Source: an uncultured delta proteobacterium
GTDB taxonomy: Bacteria; Desulfobacterota; Desulfobaccia; Desulfobaccales; 0-14-0-80-60-11
Assembly: GCA_963812015.1 (NCBI GenBank)
Contig: CAWETI010000002.1
Location: 480,001-544,000, forward strand
Direction: 5' to 3'
Length of the DNA stretch: 64,000 nt
Below the pieces are notes generated by a model. It had not been told where the DNA came from. It made no database searches and was given only the letters and a program-made list of their open reading frames with translations. The position numbers and the translations under genes were made by a program. How positions within the stretch are numbered: the first letter of the stretch is position 1; every line of letters starts with the position of its first letter. Shown piece after piece: positions 39,473-49,397 of the stretch.

Positions 39473-39877
39473 ATGATGACTTCGTGGCTGACGCTGAGCA
39501 ACCGTCAGGAAAATCTCAAGCTGTTACTGGATTATATCAGGAAGTGGGCCGAGGAGCGGGGTTTATCGCCGAATCGCCGGCTCAGCCTGGAGAAGGCGGC
39601 CGAGGAAATCTTTCGCCACCTGGTGACCCATGCCTATCGGCCCGATCAGCCCGGCTCCATCGCGGTTTCCCTGGAGGAAAGGGGACCCCGGTTGCGCCTG
39701 ATGTTCGAAGACGACGCCGCCCCCCACAATCCCAGCGGCCTTACCGGCCTCCCGGCGCCGGACGGGTCTGCCCCGGCCAGTTGTTCCCTCTACAACGGGC
39801 TGCAACAACTGGCCGAAAGTCTGGTCTATTACCGCACCGCGGACCGCAAGAATCGAATGGCGGTCTTTCTGGCCTAA
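39473..39877 (+). CDS. RsbW/anti-sigma-like ATP-binding-fold protein, degenerate
   Basis: AEEIFRHLVTHAY, FEDDAAPHNP, YYRTADRKNR. Confidence 0.6.
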   Translation: MMTSWLTLSNRQENLKLLLDYIRKWAEERGLSPNRRLSLEKAAEEIFRHLVTHAYRPDQPGSIAVSLEERGPRLRLMFEDDAAPHNPSGLTGLPAPDGSAPASCSLYNGLQQLAESLVYYRTADRKNRMAVFLA

Positions 39878-39984
39878 GGGATGCAATGCGGGGCAGGCCG
39901 GCGTCCGGGTGGAGGCGGGATCGCGTCCGACCTGGACGCTGTAGGGGCCGGGGGATTCCCCAGCCCTCACCCCCCCGGTTCTGA

Positions 39985-40401
39985 TCAACGGGCGTATTGC
40001 TGGGCCTTGCGGAAGGCCTCTTGGGCTTCCTGCTCCTTGCCCCGCTGCTTGAGAAATTCTCCCAGAAAATTCCAGCCTTCGGCGTAGTCGGGCTTCAGGG
40101 CCACGGCCTTGCGCAGTTCGGCTTCCGCCTCGGAATAGTTACCGATCCGGGCCAGGGCGCTGCCCAGCAAACTGTGCACCTCGGCCCAGTCCGGCCGCAT
40201 GCCCAGCGCCTGGCGGAAGGATTTTACGGCTTCGGTATCCTGGCCTTCTCCCGCCAGAAGGAGCCCGGATTTGAGATAATCCTGGGCGGCCCGCTCATTC
40301 GCGGCTTTAACCTTGTCGGAGCCGCTGTCGGCGAACACCTGGGCGCCGGCGCCCAGGGCCAGGGCAATCATTACCAGCACTATAACCATCCATCGCTTCA
40401 T
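39985..40401 (-). CDS. exported tetratricopeptide repeat protein
   Basis: signal peptide and TPR motifs (AEVHSLLGSAL, AEGWNFLG). Confidence 0.85.
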   Translation of the reverse strand: MKRWMVIVLVMIALALGAGAQVFADSGSDKVKAANERAAQDYLKSGLLLAGEGQDTEAVKSFRQALGMRPDWAEVHSLLGSALARIGNYSEAEAELRKAVALKPDYAEGWNFLGEFLKQRGKEQEAQEAFRKAQQYAR

Positions 40402-40510
40402 AGATTTTCCTCCATGGGTAAGGTAAAAACTCCAGAAAATTTCGGTTGAGGGGAGGGCCGGAGCGAGCGCCCCGGACGCCGCCCTTGAAGCTTCAGGGCG
40501 CCGAGTTCTC

Positions 40511-40645
40511 ATACCATGTTGCTCTCATAGAAGTAAGAAAAACGTCTTCCTGTAGGGGCGCACCTGTGTATGCGCACTCGATCAGGGCGGACACATGGGT
40601 CCGCCCCTACAAAACAATATTACCTGTATGAGCGCAACTTGGCAT
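40511..40645. mobile_element. MITE-like element with 26-bp imperfect terminal inverted repeats enclosing a GTAG-type REP pair
   Basis: ATACCATGTTGCTCTCATAGAAGTAA vs reverse complement ATGCCAAGTTGCGCTCATACAGGTAA (21/26); internal TGTAGGGGCG...CGCCCCTACA. Confidence 0.55.
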
Positions 40646-40672
40646 CAGGCCAGACCCCGGCGCCATTGGGCC

Positions 40673-41410
40673 TCAGGCCAGTGGTCCCACGGCTGCCAGA
40701 TACAGGGGCACCTCTTGGGATTTGTCCACGCCGACAATGCTCTCCACTTCCTCGTCGAAGAAGGCCCCCACCGGGCAGACCCCCAGTCCCAGGGCCGTGG
40801 CGGCCAGCATCAGATTCTGGCAGATGTGGCCGGCATCCAGGAACAGGTAGCGCACGGCCCGCTCCCGGTATTTCCACCGGGCCCGGTTCAACACCCCGGT
40901 CCAGATAAACACCGCCCCCGCTTCACTCAGGAAGCTCTGGGCCAGTCCGGCCTGGACCAGGGGCTGGCGAAAATCGCCGGCGGCCACCAATTCCAGGGCA
41001 AAATCCAGGACCTGGAAATGCCAGATACCCGGGGCCACCCCCTCGACCCGGTGCACCGCCAGGTAGGTCTCCACCGGATACAGTGCCCCGGCGGAGGGTG
41101 AGGCCCGGAAATGATACCCGCCCATGGAGCCGGTGATCCCCTGGGTGGCCCAGAGCAGGGCGGCCAGTTCCGCCTGGGTCAGGGGCCGGTCCAGATAGTC
41201 GCGCCGGGAACGGCGCCCGGCCAGGCAGGCCCACAGGTCGGCCCCCCGGCGGCCGGACTCCGGCGCCAGGCCGAGGCGCTGGGCCGCGTCGGGATATTCT
41301 TTATAGAGGGGCGCCCGGGGATAAGCCAGGGACCTTTCTCCCAGGGTGCGCCGCTGATAGCGGGTCTCCTCGAGGTAACGGCGGGCAATCCCCGTTTCCG
41401 GCTGATTCAT
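40673..41410 (-). CDS. SagB/ThcOx-family nitroreductase-fold dehydrogenase
   Basis: RRSRRDY, RASPSAGALYPVE, DAGHICQNL, CPVGAF. Confidence 0.88.
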   Translation of the reverse strand: MNQPETGIARRYLEETRYQRRTLGERSLAYPRAPLYKEYPDAAQRLGLAPESGRRGADLWACLAGRRSRRDYLDRPLTQAELAALLWATQGITGSMGGYHFRASPSAGALYPVETYLAVHRVEGVAPGIWHFQVLDFALELVAAGDFRQPLVQAGLAQSFLSEAGAVFIWTGVLNRARWKYRERAVRYLFLDAGHICQNLMLAATALGLGVCPVGAFFDEEVESIVGVDKSQEVPLYLAAVGPLA

Positions 41411-42210
41411 GCCGATCCCCCCTTACCTCGTTCTTCCCGACGGGGGCGGTTTCTTTCGTAGATGATCTTCAGGCCCTTCAGGGTCAGGTAATCGTCCACC
41501 GCATCGATGCTCCGGCTTTCCGAAGCGATGAGGCAGGCCAGGCCGCCGGTGGCGATCACCCAGGTCTTGGTTCCCAGGGCCTCCTTGATGCGGCCGACAA
41601 TGCCGTCCACCAGGCCGGCATAGCCGAAAATAATCCCGGCGTTCATGCTGCTGATGGTGTCTTTGGCGATGATGCTCTTGGGCTTGGCGAAGATTTCCAC
41701 CCGGGGCAGCTTGGAGGCCTTGAGGAAGAGGGCCTCACAGGAGATCATCACTCCCGGGGCGATGACCCCGCCCAGATACTCTCCCTGGCGGGACACCACG
41801 TCAAAGGTGGTGGCGGTGCCGAAATCCACCACCACAACCGCGCCGTGGACCTGCTCAAAAGCGGCCACCGCGTTGACGATGCGGTCAGCCCCCACTTCCC
41901 GGGGGTTGTCATAATGGATCGGCATGCCGGTCTTGATCCCGGGACCCACCCACAAGGGGTGGACCTGCAAGTAACGCTGGGCAAACCCGTCCAGGGTATT
42001 GTTCATGGGAGGGACCACGCAGGAAATTATCAAGTCGGTGCCCGGTTCCAGGGTCATGCCCTGGGCCTGAAAGAGATTGCGCAGCAGGATGCCATACTCG
42101 TCCACGGTGGCTTCTTTTTCGGTTCGGATCCGCCAGTGGCTCACGATCTGGTCATCCTGATAGACCCCGATCACCGTATTGGTATTCCCCACATCCATCA
42201 CCAGCAGCAT
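41407..42210 (-). CDS. coaX: type III pantothenate kinase
   Basis: DVGNTN, EVGADR, VDFGTATT, ATGG. Confidence 0.95.
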   Translation of the reverse strand: MLLVMDVGNTNTVIGVYQDDQIVSHWRIRTEKEATVDEYGILLRNLFQAQGMTLEPGTDLIISCVVPPMNNTLDGFAQRYLQVHPLWVGPGIKTGMPIHYDNPREVGADRIVNAVAAFEQVHGAVVVVDFGTATTFDVVSRQGEYLGGVIAPGVMISCEALFLKASKLPRVEIFAKPKSIIAKDTISSMNAGIIFGYAGLVDGIVGRIKEALGTKTWVIATGGLACLIASESRSIDAVDDYLTLKGLKIIYERNRPRREERGKGGSA

Positions 42211-42225
42211 GGGCGCGTCCCCCTC

Positions 42226-43584
42226 TCAGCTCAACATAGTCCGGAGCCCCTGGGCCAAATCCTGGGCCACCTGATGGATCAACTGCTCATCCTCACCTTC
42301 GGTCATGATGCGCAATTTGGGCTCCGTTCCGGAGTAGCGCACCAGCAGCCTGCCTTTGGCCCCCAGGCGTTTTTCGGCCTCCTGAATGGCATGGCGGGCC
42401 TGGGGCAGGGTCTTCAGGTCTTTTCTCTCCTTGACCATGACATTGATGAGGGTCTGGGGGCATTTCTGGACAAAGGCGGCCAGTTCGGCCAGGGGCCTTT
42501 CTTTGCGCAGCATCACGGCCAGCAGCCTGAGAGCCGTGAGTATGCCGTCCCCCGTGGTGGTGTGGTTCAGGAACACCACGTGGCCGGACTGCTCCCCCCC
42601 GAGATTATAGCCGCCTTTGAGCATGGCTTCCACCACGTAGCGGTCACCCACGGGGGTCCGGAGAAGGCGAATCCCCCTGGCTTTCAAAGCCAGCTCCAGC
42701 CCCAGGTTAGACATGACGGTGCCCACCACGGTCTTGCGCCGCAACTTTTCCCGCTCCATCAGATCCAGGGCGCAGATCCCCAGGATGTGGTCGCCGTCCA
42801 CGATTGCGCCCCGATGATCCACCATGATGACGCGGTCGCCATCCCCGTCAAAGGCGATGCCCAGATCGGCCCCGTGGCGTTTTACCAGGGTGGCCATGGT
42901 CTCGGGATGGGTGGCGCCGCACTTATGGTTGATGTTCCTGCCGTTGGGCCTTACCCCCATGGGGATCACCTCGGCCCCCAACTCGGTGAAGATCTCCGGG
43001 GCAATCCGGTAGGTGGCCCCGTGGGCGCAGTCCACCACGATCTGCAATCCATCCAGCTCCATTTCCTTGGGAAAGGTGGATTTCAGAAACGAGATATAGC
43101 GGCCCCGGGCATCGTCGATGCGAAAGGCCTGGCCCACCTCGGTGGCGGTGGGACAGGCCCCCTCCACCTCCGGTTGGGTCATGAGGTCCTCGATGCGGGC
43201 CTCCAACTCGTCGGGGAGCTTGAAGCCGTTGGCGGAAAAAAACTTGATGCCGTTGTCCTGGTAAGGGTTGTGGGAGGCGGAAATGACCACCCCGGCGTCG
43301 GCCCGCATGGAGGAAGTGATATAGGCGATGCCGGGAGTAGGAAACGGTCCGAGCAGCAAGACATCCACCCCCATGGAGCAGATGCCCGCCACCGTGGCGT
43401 ATTCCAAAAGATAGCCCGAAATCCGGGTGTCTTTGCCCACGACGATGCGGTGCCGCCCCGTCCCGAACTTGATGACGTAGGCCAGGGCCCTTCCTAATTG
43501 CAGGGCCACTTCGGCGGTCATGGGATAGACATTGGCCACCCCCCGCACGCCGTCGGTGCCGAAAAGTTTACGTGTCTCCGTCAT
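42226..43584 (-). CDS. glmM: phosphoglucosamine mutase
   Basis: [34 protein letters not shown]. Confidence 0.96.
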   Translation of the reverse strand: MTETRKLFGTDGVRGVANVYPMTAEVALQLGRALAYVIKFGTGRHRIVVGKDTRISGYLLEYATVAGICSMGVDVLLLGPFPTPGIAYITSSMRADAGVVISASHNPYQDNGIKFFSANGFKLPDELEARIEDLMTQPEVEGACPTATEVGQAFRIDDARGRYISFLKSTFPKEMELDGLQIVVDCAHGATYRIAPEIFTELGAEVIPMGVRPNGRNINHKCGATHPETMATLVKRHGADLGIAFDGDGDRVIMVDHRGAIVDGDHILGICALDLMEREKLRRKTVVGTVMSNLGLELALKARGIRLLRTPVGDRYVVEAMLKGGYNLGGEQSGHVVFLNHTTTGDGILTALRLLAVMLRKERPLAELAAFVQKCPQTLINVMVKERKDLKTLPQARHAIQEAEKRLGAKGRLLVRYSGTEPKLRIMTEGEDEQLIHQVAQDLAQGLRTMLS

Positions 43585-43723
43585 GCTTGGGTTGCTCCAG
43601 TTAACGCAGCTTGAGAGCGTCTTACTTGATTCGTCATTTTTTACCACAATTTACGGCAAATAACACTATCCGCGCCCCTTCTCAGGCTAACCGGGCCGTT
43701 ACGCCGGTAAACTCCAGGGCCCC

Positions 43724-43927
43724 TCAGTCCGCCTCCTCCCAGTGGATGCACTGGGCCGGACACTGGTCAATGGCCAGCTGGATCTGGTCTTCCGGGGCGC
43801 CCTTGGGGTTAATGACTTCGGAATGCCCTAAAGACTCATTGAGGCGGAAAACCCCGGGGCAGACCGCCTCGCAGTTGCCGCAGGCGATGCACGCGTCGGT
43901 ATCGATCACCGGAACCTGGTTTGCCAT
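43724..43927 (-). CDS. ferredoxin (single cluster)
   Basis: CIACGNC...CP. Confidence 0.9.
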   Translation of the reverse strand: MANQVPVIDTDACIACGNCEAVCPGVFRLNESLGHSEVINPKGAPEDQIQLAIDQCPAQCIHWEEAD

Positions 43928-43976
43928 GGTAAATCCTTTCTTGATTGGATGACAATGACCTTTTCGGCAGTGGAGG

Positions 43977-44297
43977 TTAGATAGGCGGCGCGATGGTGAC
44001 CAGGAGGCGCAAATCGGTTCTGGCCCTCAACCCATGGGGTTCAGCGATGTCTGAGATCACCACATCTCCCGGTTTGGCCGGAAAGGAGGCGCCATCCTTG
44101 CCCAGAAACTCCCCTTCCCCTTCGATGATCACCAAACTCAACTGACCTTCGATGTCATGGGCATGCACCGGCAATTCCTGGCCGGCTTTGAAGTTGAAGT
44201 TGATGATTTTAAAGTAGGGAGAGTCGTGCACCAGTAATTTTTTTAAGGCCTTGTCGCTAAACTCCCCGGCTTCAAAGAGGTTGATCTTTTTCATCAT
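43977..44297 (-). CDS. cupin domain protein
   Basis: LPVHAH, EGEGEF, EPHGL. Confidence 0.85.
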   Translation of the reverse strand: MMKKINLFEAGEFSDKALKKLLVHDSPYFKIINFNFKAGQELPVHAHDIEGQLSLVIIEGEGEFLGKDGASFPAKPGDVVISDIAEPHGLRARTDLRLLVTIAPPI

Positions 44298-44324
44298 GAC
44301 TCCTGGCTCATCGGTAGCCCCGGG

Positions 44325-44531
44325 TTAGGCCGGCTCGTCGGCCCAGTGGATACACTGGACCGGGCAGGCGTCCATGGCCTCCTGGATCTTGTCATCCGGC
44401 GCTCCCGAGGGGTTCATCACCTGGGCGAATCCCAGGGTCTCGTTCACCGAAAAGACCTCAGGGCATAGTTCCTCACAGGTCCCGCAGGCGATGCATTCGT
44501 CTTCCACGACGTAAGGGACGTGGTCTGCCAA
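44325..44531 (-). CDS. ferredoxin (single cluster), TTG start
   Basis: CIACGTC...CP; GGAGG RBS. Confidence 0.88.
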   Translation of the reverse strand: MADHVPYVVEDECIACGTCEELCPEVFSVNETLGFAQVMNPSGAPDDKIQEAMDACPVQCIHWADEPA

Positions 44532-44587
44532 CTTTTTTTATCCTCCCCTTCTCGCGCTCCTTCACCAGGAAAGGAGCATGATGATGA

Positions 44588-47302
44588 TCAACCGGTGGCG
44601 GCCGCGGCACTGCAGGCCGGCCGCAACTCGGCTCCCTGGAGGGCCATCTCGACCCGATAGGTCCCGCCCTCGATATCTTTCCGCAGAGTAAAGCCCAGGC
44701 GCTTCACCATCTCCAACATCGGCTGATTCTGGGCCAGGACATCGCCCTGGAGGCGCTTCACCCCCTGCTCCCGGGCGATTTCGGTGATCCGCTCCACCAG
44801 TTTGGGGCCCAGCCCCTTGCCCTGCCAGGGGTCCGCCACGATCACCGCGAATTCCGCCATGGACCGGTCCGTCGTCATCACCATGCGGCTCACCCCCATC
44901 ATGATTTCCGGACCTGGCGGCTGGCCGATGGCCATCAAGCCGAGTTCCCGGTCGTAATCGTTCTGGGTGAAGCGGATGAGCATTTCATGGGTCCACTTTT
45001 TGATCAGCTTGAAGTAACGGAAAAAAATGGTCTCTTCCGAACATTTGCCGAGAAAATCGGATACCAGGGGTTCGTCTTCCGGTTTCATGGGACGCAGCAG
45101 CACCGGAGTGCCGTCCCGGAGCATCCAATGGCTTTCGTACTGGTTGGGATAGGGGGCGATGATGAGGTGGCGGGGCGGCGGGACGTCAGTGGGGTTGACG
45201 ATGAGGCGGGCGTCCACCGCCACAAACCGGCCATTAACGACTAACAGGGGGTTGATGTCCAGCTCCACGATCTCCGGGAAATCCGTGACCAGTTGGGAAA
45301 TACGCACCAAAATCTCCGCCAGCATATCCAGGTCGGCGGGGGGGGCGTTGCGATAGCCCCGGAGCACCTGGGACACCCGGGTTTTTTCAATCAACCGCCG
45401 GGCCAGGAGGAAGTTCAAGGGGGGCAGGTCCACGGCCGAGTCCTCGATCACCTCGGTGAAGACCCCGCCGGCCCCGAAGAGGATAAGGGGACCGAAATCC
45501 GGGTCCCGTTTGCTGCCGATGATCAGTTCGCAGGTGGGTTTCGGTTCCTGGGTCTGGACCGTGACCCCTAAGATGGTGGCGTCGGGCCTGGAGGCCCGGA
45601 CCGCCGTGACGATCTCTGCGTAGGCCGCCGCCACCTCCCGCTCGTTCTGGAGATTGAAGCGCACCCCGTTGACGTCGGACTTGTGGCTGACCTCCGGGGA
45701 ATTTATCTTCAGCGCCACGGGAAAGCCCATGACCTGGGCCACCTTGGCGGCATCGGCGCCGGAAGACGCCGCCACCGTGGGGTTTACCGGGATGCCGTAG
45801 GCGCTCAAAATAGCCTTGGATTCCAGTTCCGTCAAAATTCCCCCCTGGCGCTCCAGGCACTGGGAGAGAAAAGTCCTGGCCTGCCGGGTATTCACGCTCA
45901 CGTCTTGGGTCAACCGGGGCGGGGTTTCCTGCAAGAGCTGCAGGTGCCGGGAGTAGAAATACATTTCCATGAAGGTGTCCACCGCCTGCTCTGGGGTCTC
46001 AAAGGTGGGGATGCCGGCATCATTGAGGATCTGGCGCCCGTCTTCCACGTCGGCGCCCCCCATCCACACCGCGAACACCGGCCGCCCCTTGGCGCGGATC
46101 TCCGGCGCCAGGGCCTGGGCCACCTCGGTGGGGTCGATCATAACCTGGGGGGACAATATGATCACCAGACCCGAGAGTTCCGGGGCCGCCATGGCCACCT
46201 GCACCGCCTTCAGGTAACGTTCCGGCGAGGCGTCGCCCTGGATGTCGATGGGATTGCCCCGGCTCCAATAGGGCGGCAGGAATTCATCCAATTTTTTAAG
46301 GGTCTCCGGGGACAGGGTCGCCGGTTCCAGGTTCCAACGCCCCAGGGCATCCACCGCCATGACTCCCGGGCCGCCGGCGTTGCTGATGATGCCCAGGTTC
46401 CCGCCGGTGGGGCGCTTCACCTTCCCCAGGGCTTCGGCGCAATCGAAGAGCTGGCTGATGGTGTCCACCCGGATGATCCCGGCCCGCCGGAAGGCGGCGG
46501 AGTAAGCCCGGTCCGACCCGGCCATGGCCCCAGTGTGGGAGGCCGCCGCCTGGGCCCCGGCCTGGCTGCGTCCGGCCTTAATGACGATGATGGGTTTGAC
46601 CCGGGACACGGAGCGGGCCGCGCTCATAAATTTACGGTGCTGGGTCAGGTTCTCCATGTAAATAACGATGCTCTTGGCCCGTTCCTCATTGCCCAGGTAA
46701 TCGATCAGGTCGCCGAAATCTATATCGGCCATGGACCCCACGCTGATGAAGTGGCTGAAGCCGATCTTCTTGGGGATGGCCCATCCCAGGATGGATCTGC
46801 ACAGGGCGCCGCTCTGGGAGATGAAGGCCAGGTTGCCCGGTTGGGCGCAGAGGGGCGCAAAACTGGCGTGTAACTTGGAGGACGGGCAGAGGAGGCCCAT
46901 ACAATTGGGCCCCAGATAGCGTATGCCTGCTTTGGTGGCCTCTTCTTTGATGGCGGCTTCGATCTCTTTGCCCGGCGGCCCCGCCTCTTTGCCGCCGGCG
47001 GAGATGATGATGGCGGCGCCTATCCCGGCCTGGCCGCACTCCCGCATGGCGCTGGGCACGTCCTTGATGGGAATGGCAATGATGGCCAGATCGATGGGCT
47101 CCTTGACTTCGGTGACCAGGGGATAAGCGCGCAGCCCCTGGATTTCCTGGTACTTGCGGTTAACCGCATAAATCTGGCCCGGAAAGCCGTCCCGGAGGAG
47201 ATTGCGCACCAGGGCCTCGCCGATAGTCTTTTCCTTCTCGCTGGCCCCGATCACCGCCACCGATTCCGGTTTAAAAAATGGATCCAGGGTAGACTTGCGC
47301 AT
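44588..47302 (-). CDS. NDP-forming acyl-CoA synthetase-like/GNAT fusion (Pat/Pka-like)
   Basis: CoA-binding domain, GPNCMG, SQSGA, SHTGA, ATP-grasp (HKSDVNGV), C-terminal GNAT (WQGKGLG). Confidence 0.9.
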   Translation of the reverse strand: MRKSTLDPFFKPESVAVIGASEKEKTIGEALVRNLLRDGFPGQIYAVNRKYQEIQGLRAYPLVTEVKEPIDLAIIAIPIKDVPSAMRECGQAGIGAAIIISAGGKEAGPPGKEIEAAIKEEATKAGIRYLGPNCMGLLCPSSKLHASFAPLCAQPGNLAFISQSGALCRSILGWAIPKKIGFSHFISVGSMADIDFGDLIDYLGNEERAKSIVIYMENLTQHRKFMSAARSVSRVKPIIVIKAGRSQAGAQAAASHTGAMAGSDRAYSAAFRRAGIIRVDTISQLFDCAEALGKVKRPTGGNLGIISNAGGPGVMAVDALGRWNLEPATLSPETLKKLDEFLPPYWSRGNPIDIQGDASPERYLKAVQVAMAAPELSGLVIILSPQVMIDPTEVAQALAPEIRAKGRPVFAVWMGGADVEDGRQILNDAGIPTFETPEQAVDTFMEMYFYSRHLQLLQETPPRLTQDVSVNTRQARTFLSQCLERQGGILTELESKAILSAYGIPVNPTVAASSGADAAKVAQVMGFPVALKINSPEVSHKSDVNGVRFNLQNEREVAAAYAEIVTAVRASRPDATILGVTVQTQEPKPTCELIIGSKRDPDFGPLILFGAGGVFTEVIEDSAVDLPPLNFLLARRLIEKTRVSQVLRGYRNAPPADLDMLAEILVRISQLVTDFPEIVELDINPLLVVNGRFVAVDARLIVNPTDVPPPRHLIIAPYPNQYESHWMLRDGTPVLLRPMKPEDEPLVSDFLGKCSEETIFFRYFKLIKKWTHEMLIRFTQNDYDRELGLMAIGQPPGPEIMMGVSRMVMTTDRSMAEFAVIVADPWQGKGLGPKLVERITEIAREQGVKRLQGDVLAQNQPMLEMVKRLGFTLRKDIEGGTYRVEMALQGAELRPACSAAAATG

Positions 47303-47306
47303 GGCC

Positions 47307-48065
47307 TTATCCTTTGTCGGTTAAAATAGTCAATGGCAGGGTTCGCTGCCGCCCAGGGCAGGGGTGTCCGTCACCGTAAAAGACCGTTACTTGGTGGCGC
47401 CGGGAGCCGGTCCGCCCCCGGCCATACCGGGATAGGGCCGGGGAAACCCGGTGAGGCAGGGTCTCCCAGTCCTCCCGGGCCCCGGTGGCGCCGCCGCCGG
47501 CTTCACCAATGATGATAAGATAATGCAGAAATGGCGTTTGGCAAAGGGGCGCCACGGATTGTCCCGGCGGGGGCCAGGCATAGAGCCCCACTTGCGGCCG
47601 GAATTCACGGAGGGCGGCCAGGGCGTCGCCCCGCTCAACCCCGGGATAGATCGGCAGGCCCGAGACGAACTCGCCCTCCCCCCGGTCCACGGCCCGGAAG
47701 GCGATGCCGGCGGCGGCGCACCAGGGGGCCAGGGCGGCGGTGAGGTAGCCCCGGCCGGCCCCGACCTCCAGGAACCGGGTCACCCGTAAGCGTTTGAGGT
47801 AACGCATCAGGATCGCGACCCACTCCCGGGACGGGAAGAAATAGACCCCGGTGGCCCAGGACAGGGCCATGAGCCAGGCCGCTTCGTCCGGGACCCCGGC
47901 GGTGAGCTCCTGCCAGCGGGCCTCCGGGAGGAGGTGGTCCAGGGGGCCTGCCCCCGGGTCCGGCAGGTGCACCAGGCCCCGGGCAAACTGCTCGAACGTC
48001 TGGTGTTCCCGAAAGCTTAGGCCGGATTGCCCGGTGTTCTGCCCACGCAAACCCATGGTCTCCAC
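47307..48065 (-). CDS. hypothetical protein with SAM-methyltransferase-like motif
   Basis: FLEVGAGRGYL, WPP; start uncertain. Confidence 0.55.
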   Translation of the reverse strand: METMGLRGQNTGQSGLSFREHQTFEQFARGLVHLPDPGAGPLDHLLPEARWQELTAGVPDEAAWLMALSWATGVYFFPSREWVAILMRYLKRLRVTRFLEVGAGRGYLTAALAPWCAAAGIAFRAVDRGEGEFVSGLPIYPGVERGDALAALREFRPQVGLYAWPPPGQSVAPLCQTPFLHYLIIIGEAGGGATGAREDWETLPHRVSPALSRYGRGRTGSRRHQVTVFYGDGHPCPGRQRTLPLTILTDKG

Positions 48066-48313
48066 CTCAGACTAGATCGCAATCGAACCAGCGGCACAGA
48101 CTAAGGCCTGCGGCTGCAAAAAACAACCTTTTGATTACACCTCGATTTAAGACCTCGGAACCATCAGAATCAACCCCCGCCGCCGGTGGCGGGCCGGGAC
48201 GGCTCCATGGGCCCTGTAACCATAATATATTACCCCGGCGCAGCGTTTTCGCCCACTGAATATCCATCGCCGGTCGGGTATTGGCCTGAAAATAATGGGG
48301 AGCCAGGGACTGC

Positions 48314-48330
48314 CTAACAAAATGCTAACC
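48314..48330 (+). promoter_or_regulatory. possible Pho-box-like direct repeat upstream of the pst operon
   Basis: CTAACA/CTAACC at 11-bp spacing; further CTAAC copies nearer the start. Confidence 0.3.
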
Positions 48331-48458
48331 ATGCAGGCGCGTAAATAAAGGGCCAGCCGCTTTTCACTTGAAGTTTCTAACATTTTAGCAATAATAGGAA
48401 TGATCCTGCCAAATGATTTCTAGGGTTAGATTCTAACTGAACATCACCTAGCGAAACC

Positions 48459-49397
48459 ATGCCGCATCCCGCTCAGGCACCGACAGAACCTCAGGGCTCC
48501 AGCCCTGCCAAAACCTTGAAGGGTTACGGGGCCGCCGCGGGCCCCGGGGGTCACGCGGCTTCGGGGCCTTGTGGCCGACGCCGGTGGAGGGGACCGGCCC
48601 GGATTGCGGCCCTCCTCATTATTCTACTGGGCATCATCCTGGGGGGCGGGGGCTGCAACTCCTCCCAGACCACCGGCCGCCCCTTGTGCATCGCCGGGTC
48701 CACCTCGGTGCAGCCCTTCGCGGAAAAATTGGCGGAGATCTACATGCAGCGGCACCCCGGGGCCCGCATCGATGTGCAGGGCGGCGGTTCCAGTGCCGGC
48801 ATCTATGCCGCCACCCATGGGGCCGCGGACCTGGGGGCTTCGTCCCGGGAGCTGTTGGGCGAGGAAAGAAAACTCACAGAGATCCCCATCGCCTTTGACG
48901 GCATTGCGGTCATCGTCCACCCCAGCAATCCCCTGACTAATATCACCCTGGCGGAGATCCGCGCCATCTTCAGCGGGGCCGTGAATAATTGGCGCGCCCT
49001 GGGATTGCCGCCCCATGGCATCGACCTGATCACCCGGGAAGAGGGCTCCGGCACCCGGGAGGCCTTCGAACACCTGGTCATGGGCAAACAGGAGATCACC
49101 CCCGCCGCCCTGGTCCAGGACTCCAACGGTTCGGTGCGGGAGATTGTCGCCGGCGACCCCCATTCCCTGGGCTACATCTCGGCCGGCCTGGTGGACCATC
49201 GGGTCAAGGCGTTGGCCATCGACGGCGTCCTCCCCACCCGGGAAAACATCAAAACCCATGCCTATAAACTGGTGCGCCGCTTCCTGCTGGTGGCTCGGCT
49301 GGCGCCGGCGGGTTCGTGCCAGGCCTTCGTGGATTTCGTCCTGGGCCCCAATGGCCAGAAGATCCTCGAATCCGAAGGCCTGGTGGGGGTGGATTGA
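48459..49397 (+). CDS. pstS: phosphate ABC transporter substrate-binding protein
   Basis: AGSTSVQP, GGGSSAG, REEGSGTR; start uncertain. Confidence 0.9.
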   Translation: MPHPAQAPTEPQGSSPAKTLKGYGAAAGPGGHAASGPCGRRRWRGPARIAALLIILLGIILGGGGCNSSQTTGRPLCIAGSTSVQPFAEKLAEIYMQRHPGARIDVQGGGSSAGIYAATHGAADLGASSRELLGEERKLTEIPIAFDGIAVIVHPSNPLTNITLAEIRAIFSGAVNNWRALGLPPHGIDLITREEGSGTREAFEHLVMGKQEITPAALVQDSNGSVREIVAGDPHSLGYISAGLVDHRVKALAIDGVLPTRENIKTHAYKLVRRFLLVARLAPAGSCQAFVDFVLGPNGQKILESEGLVGVD

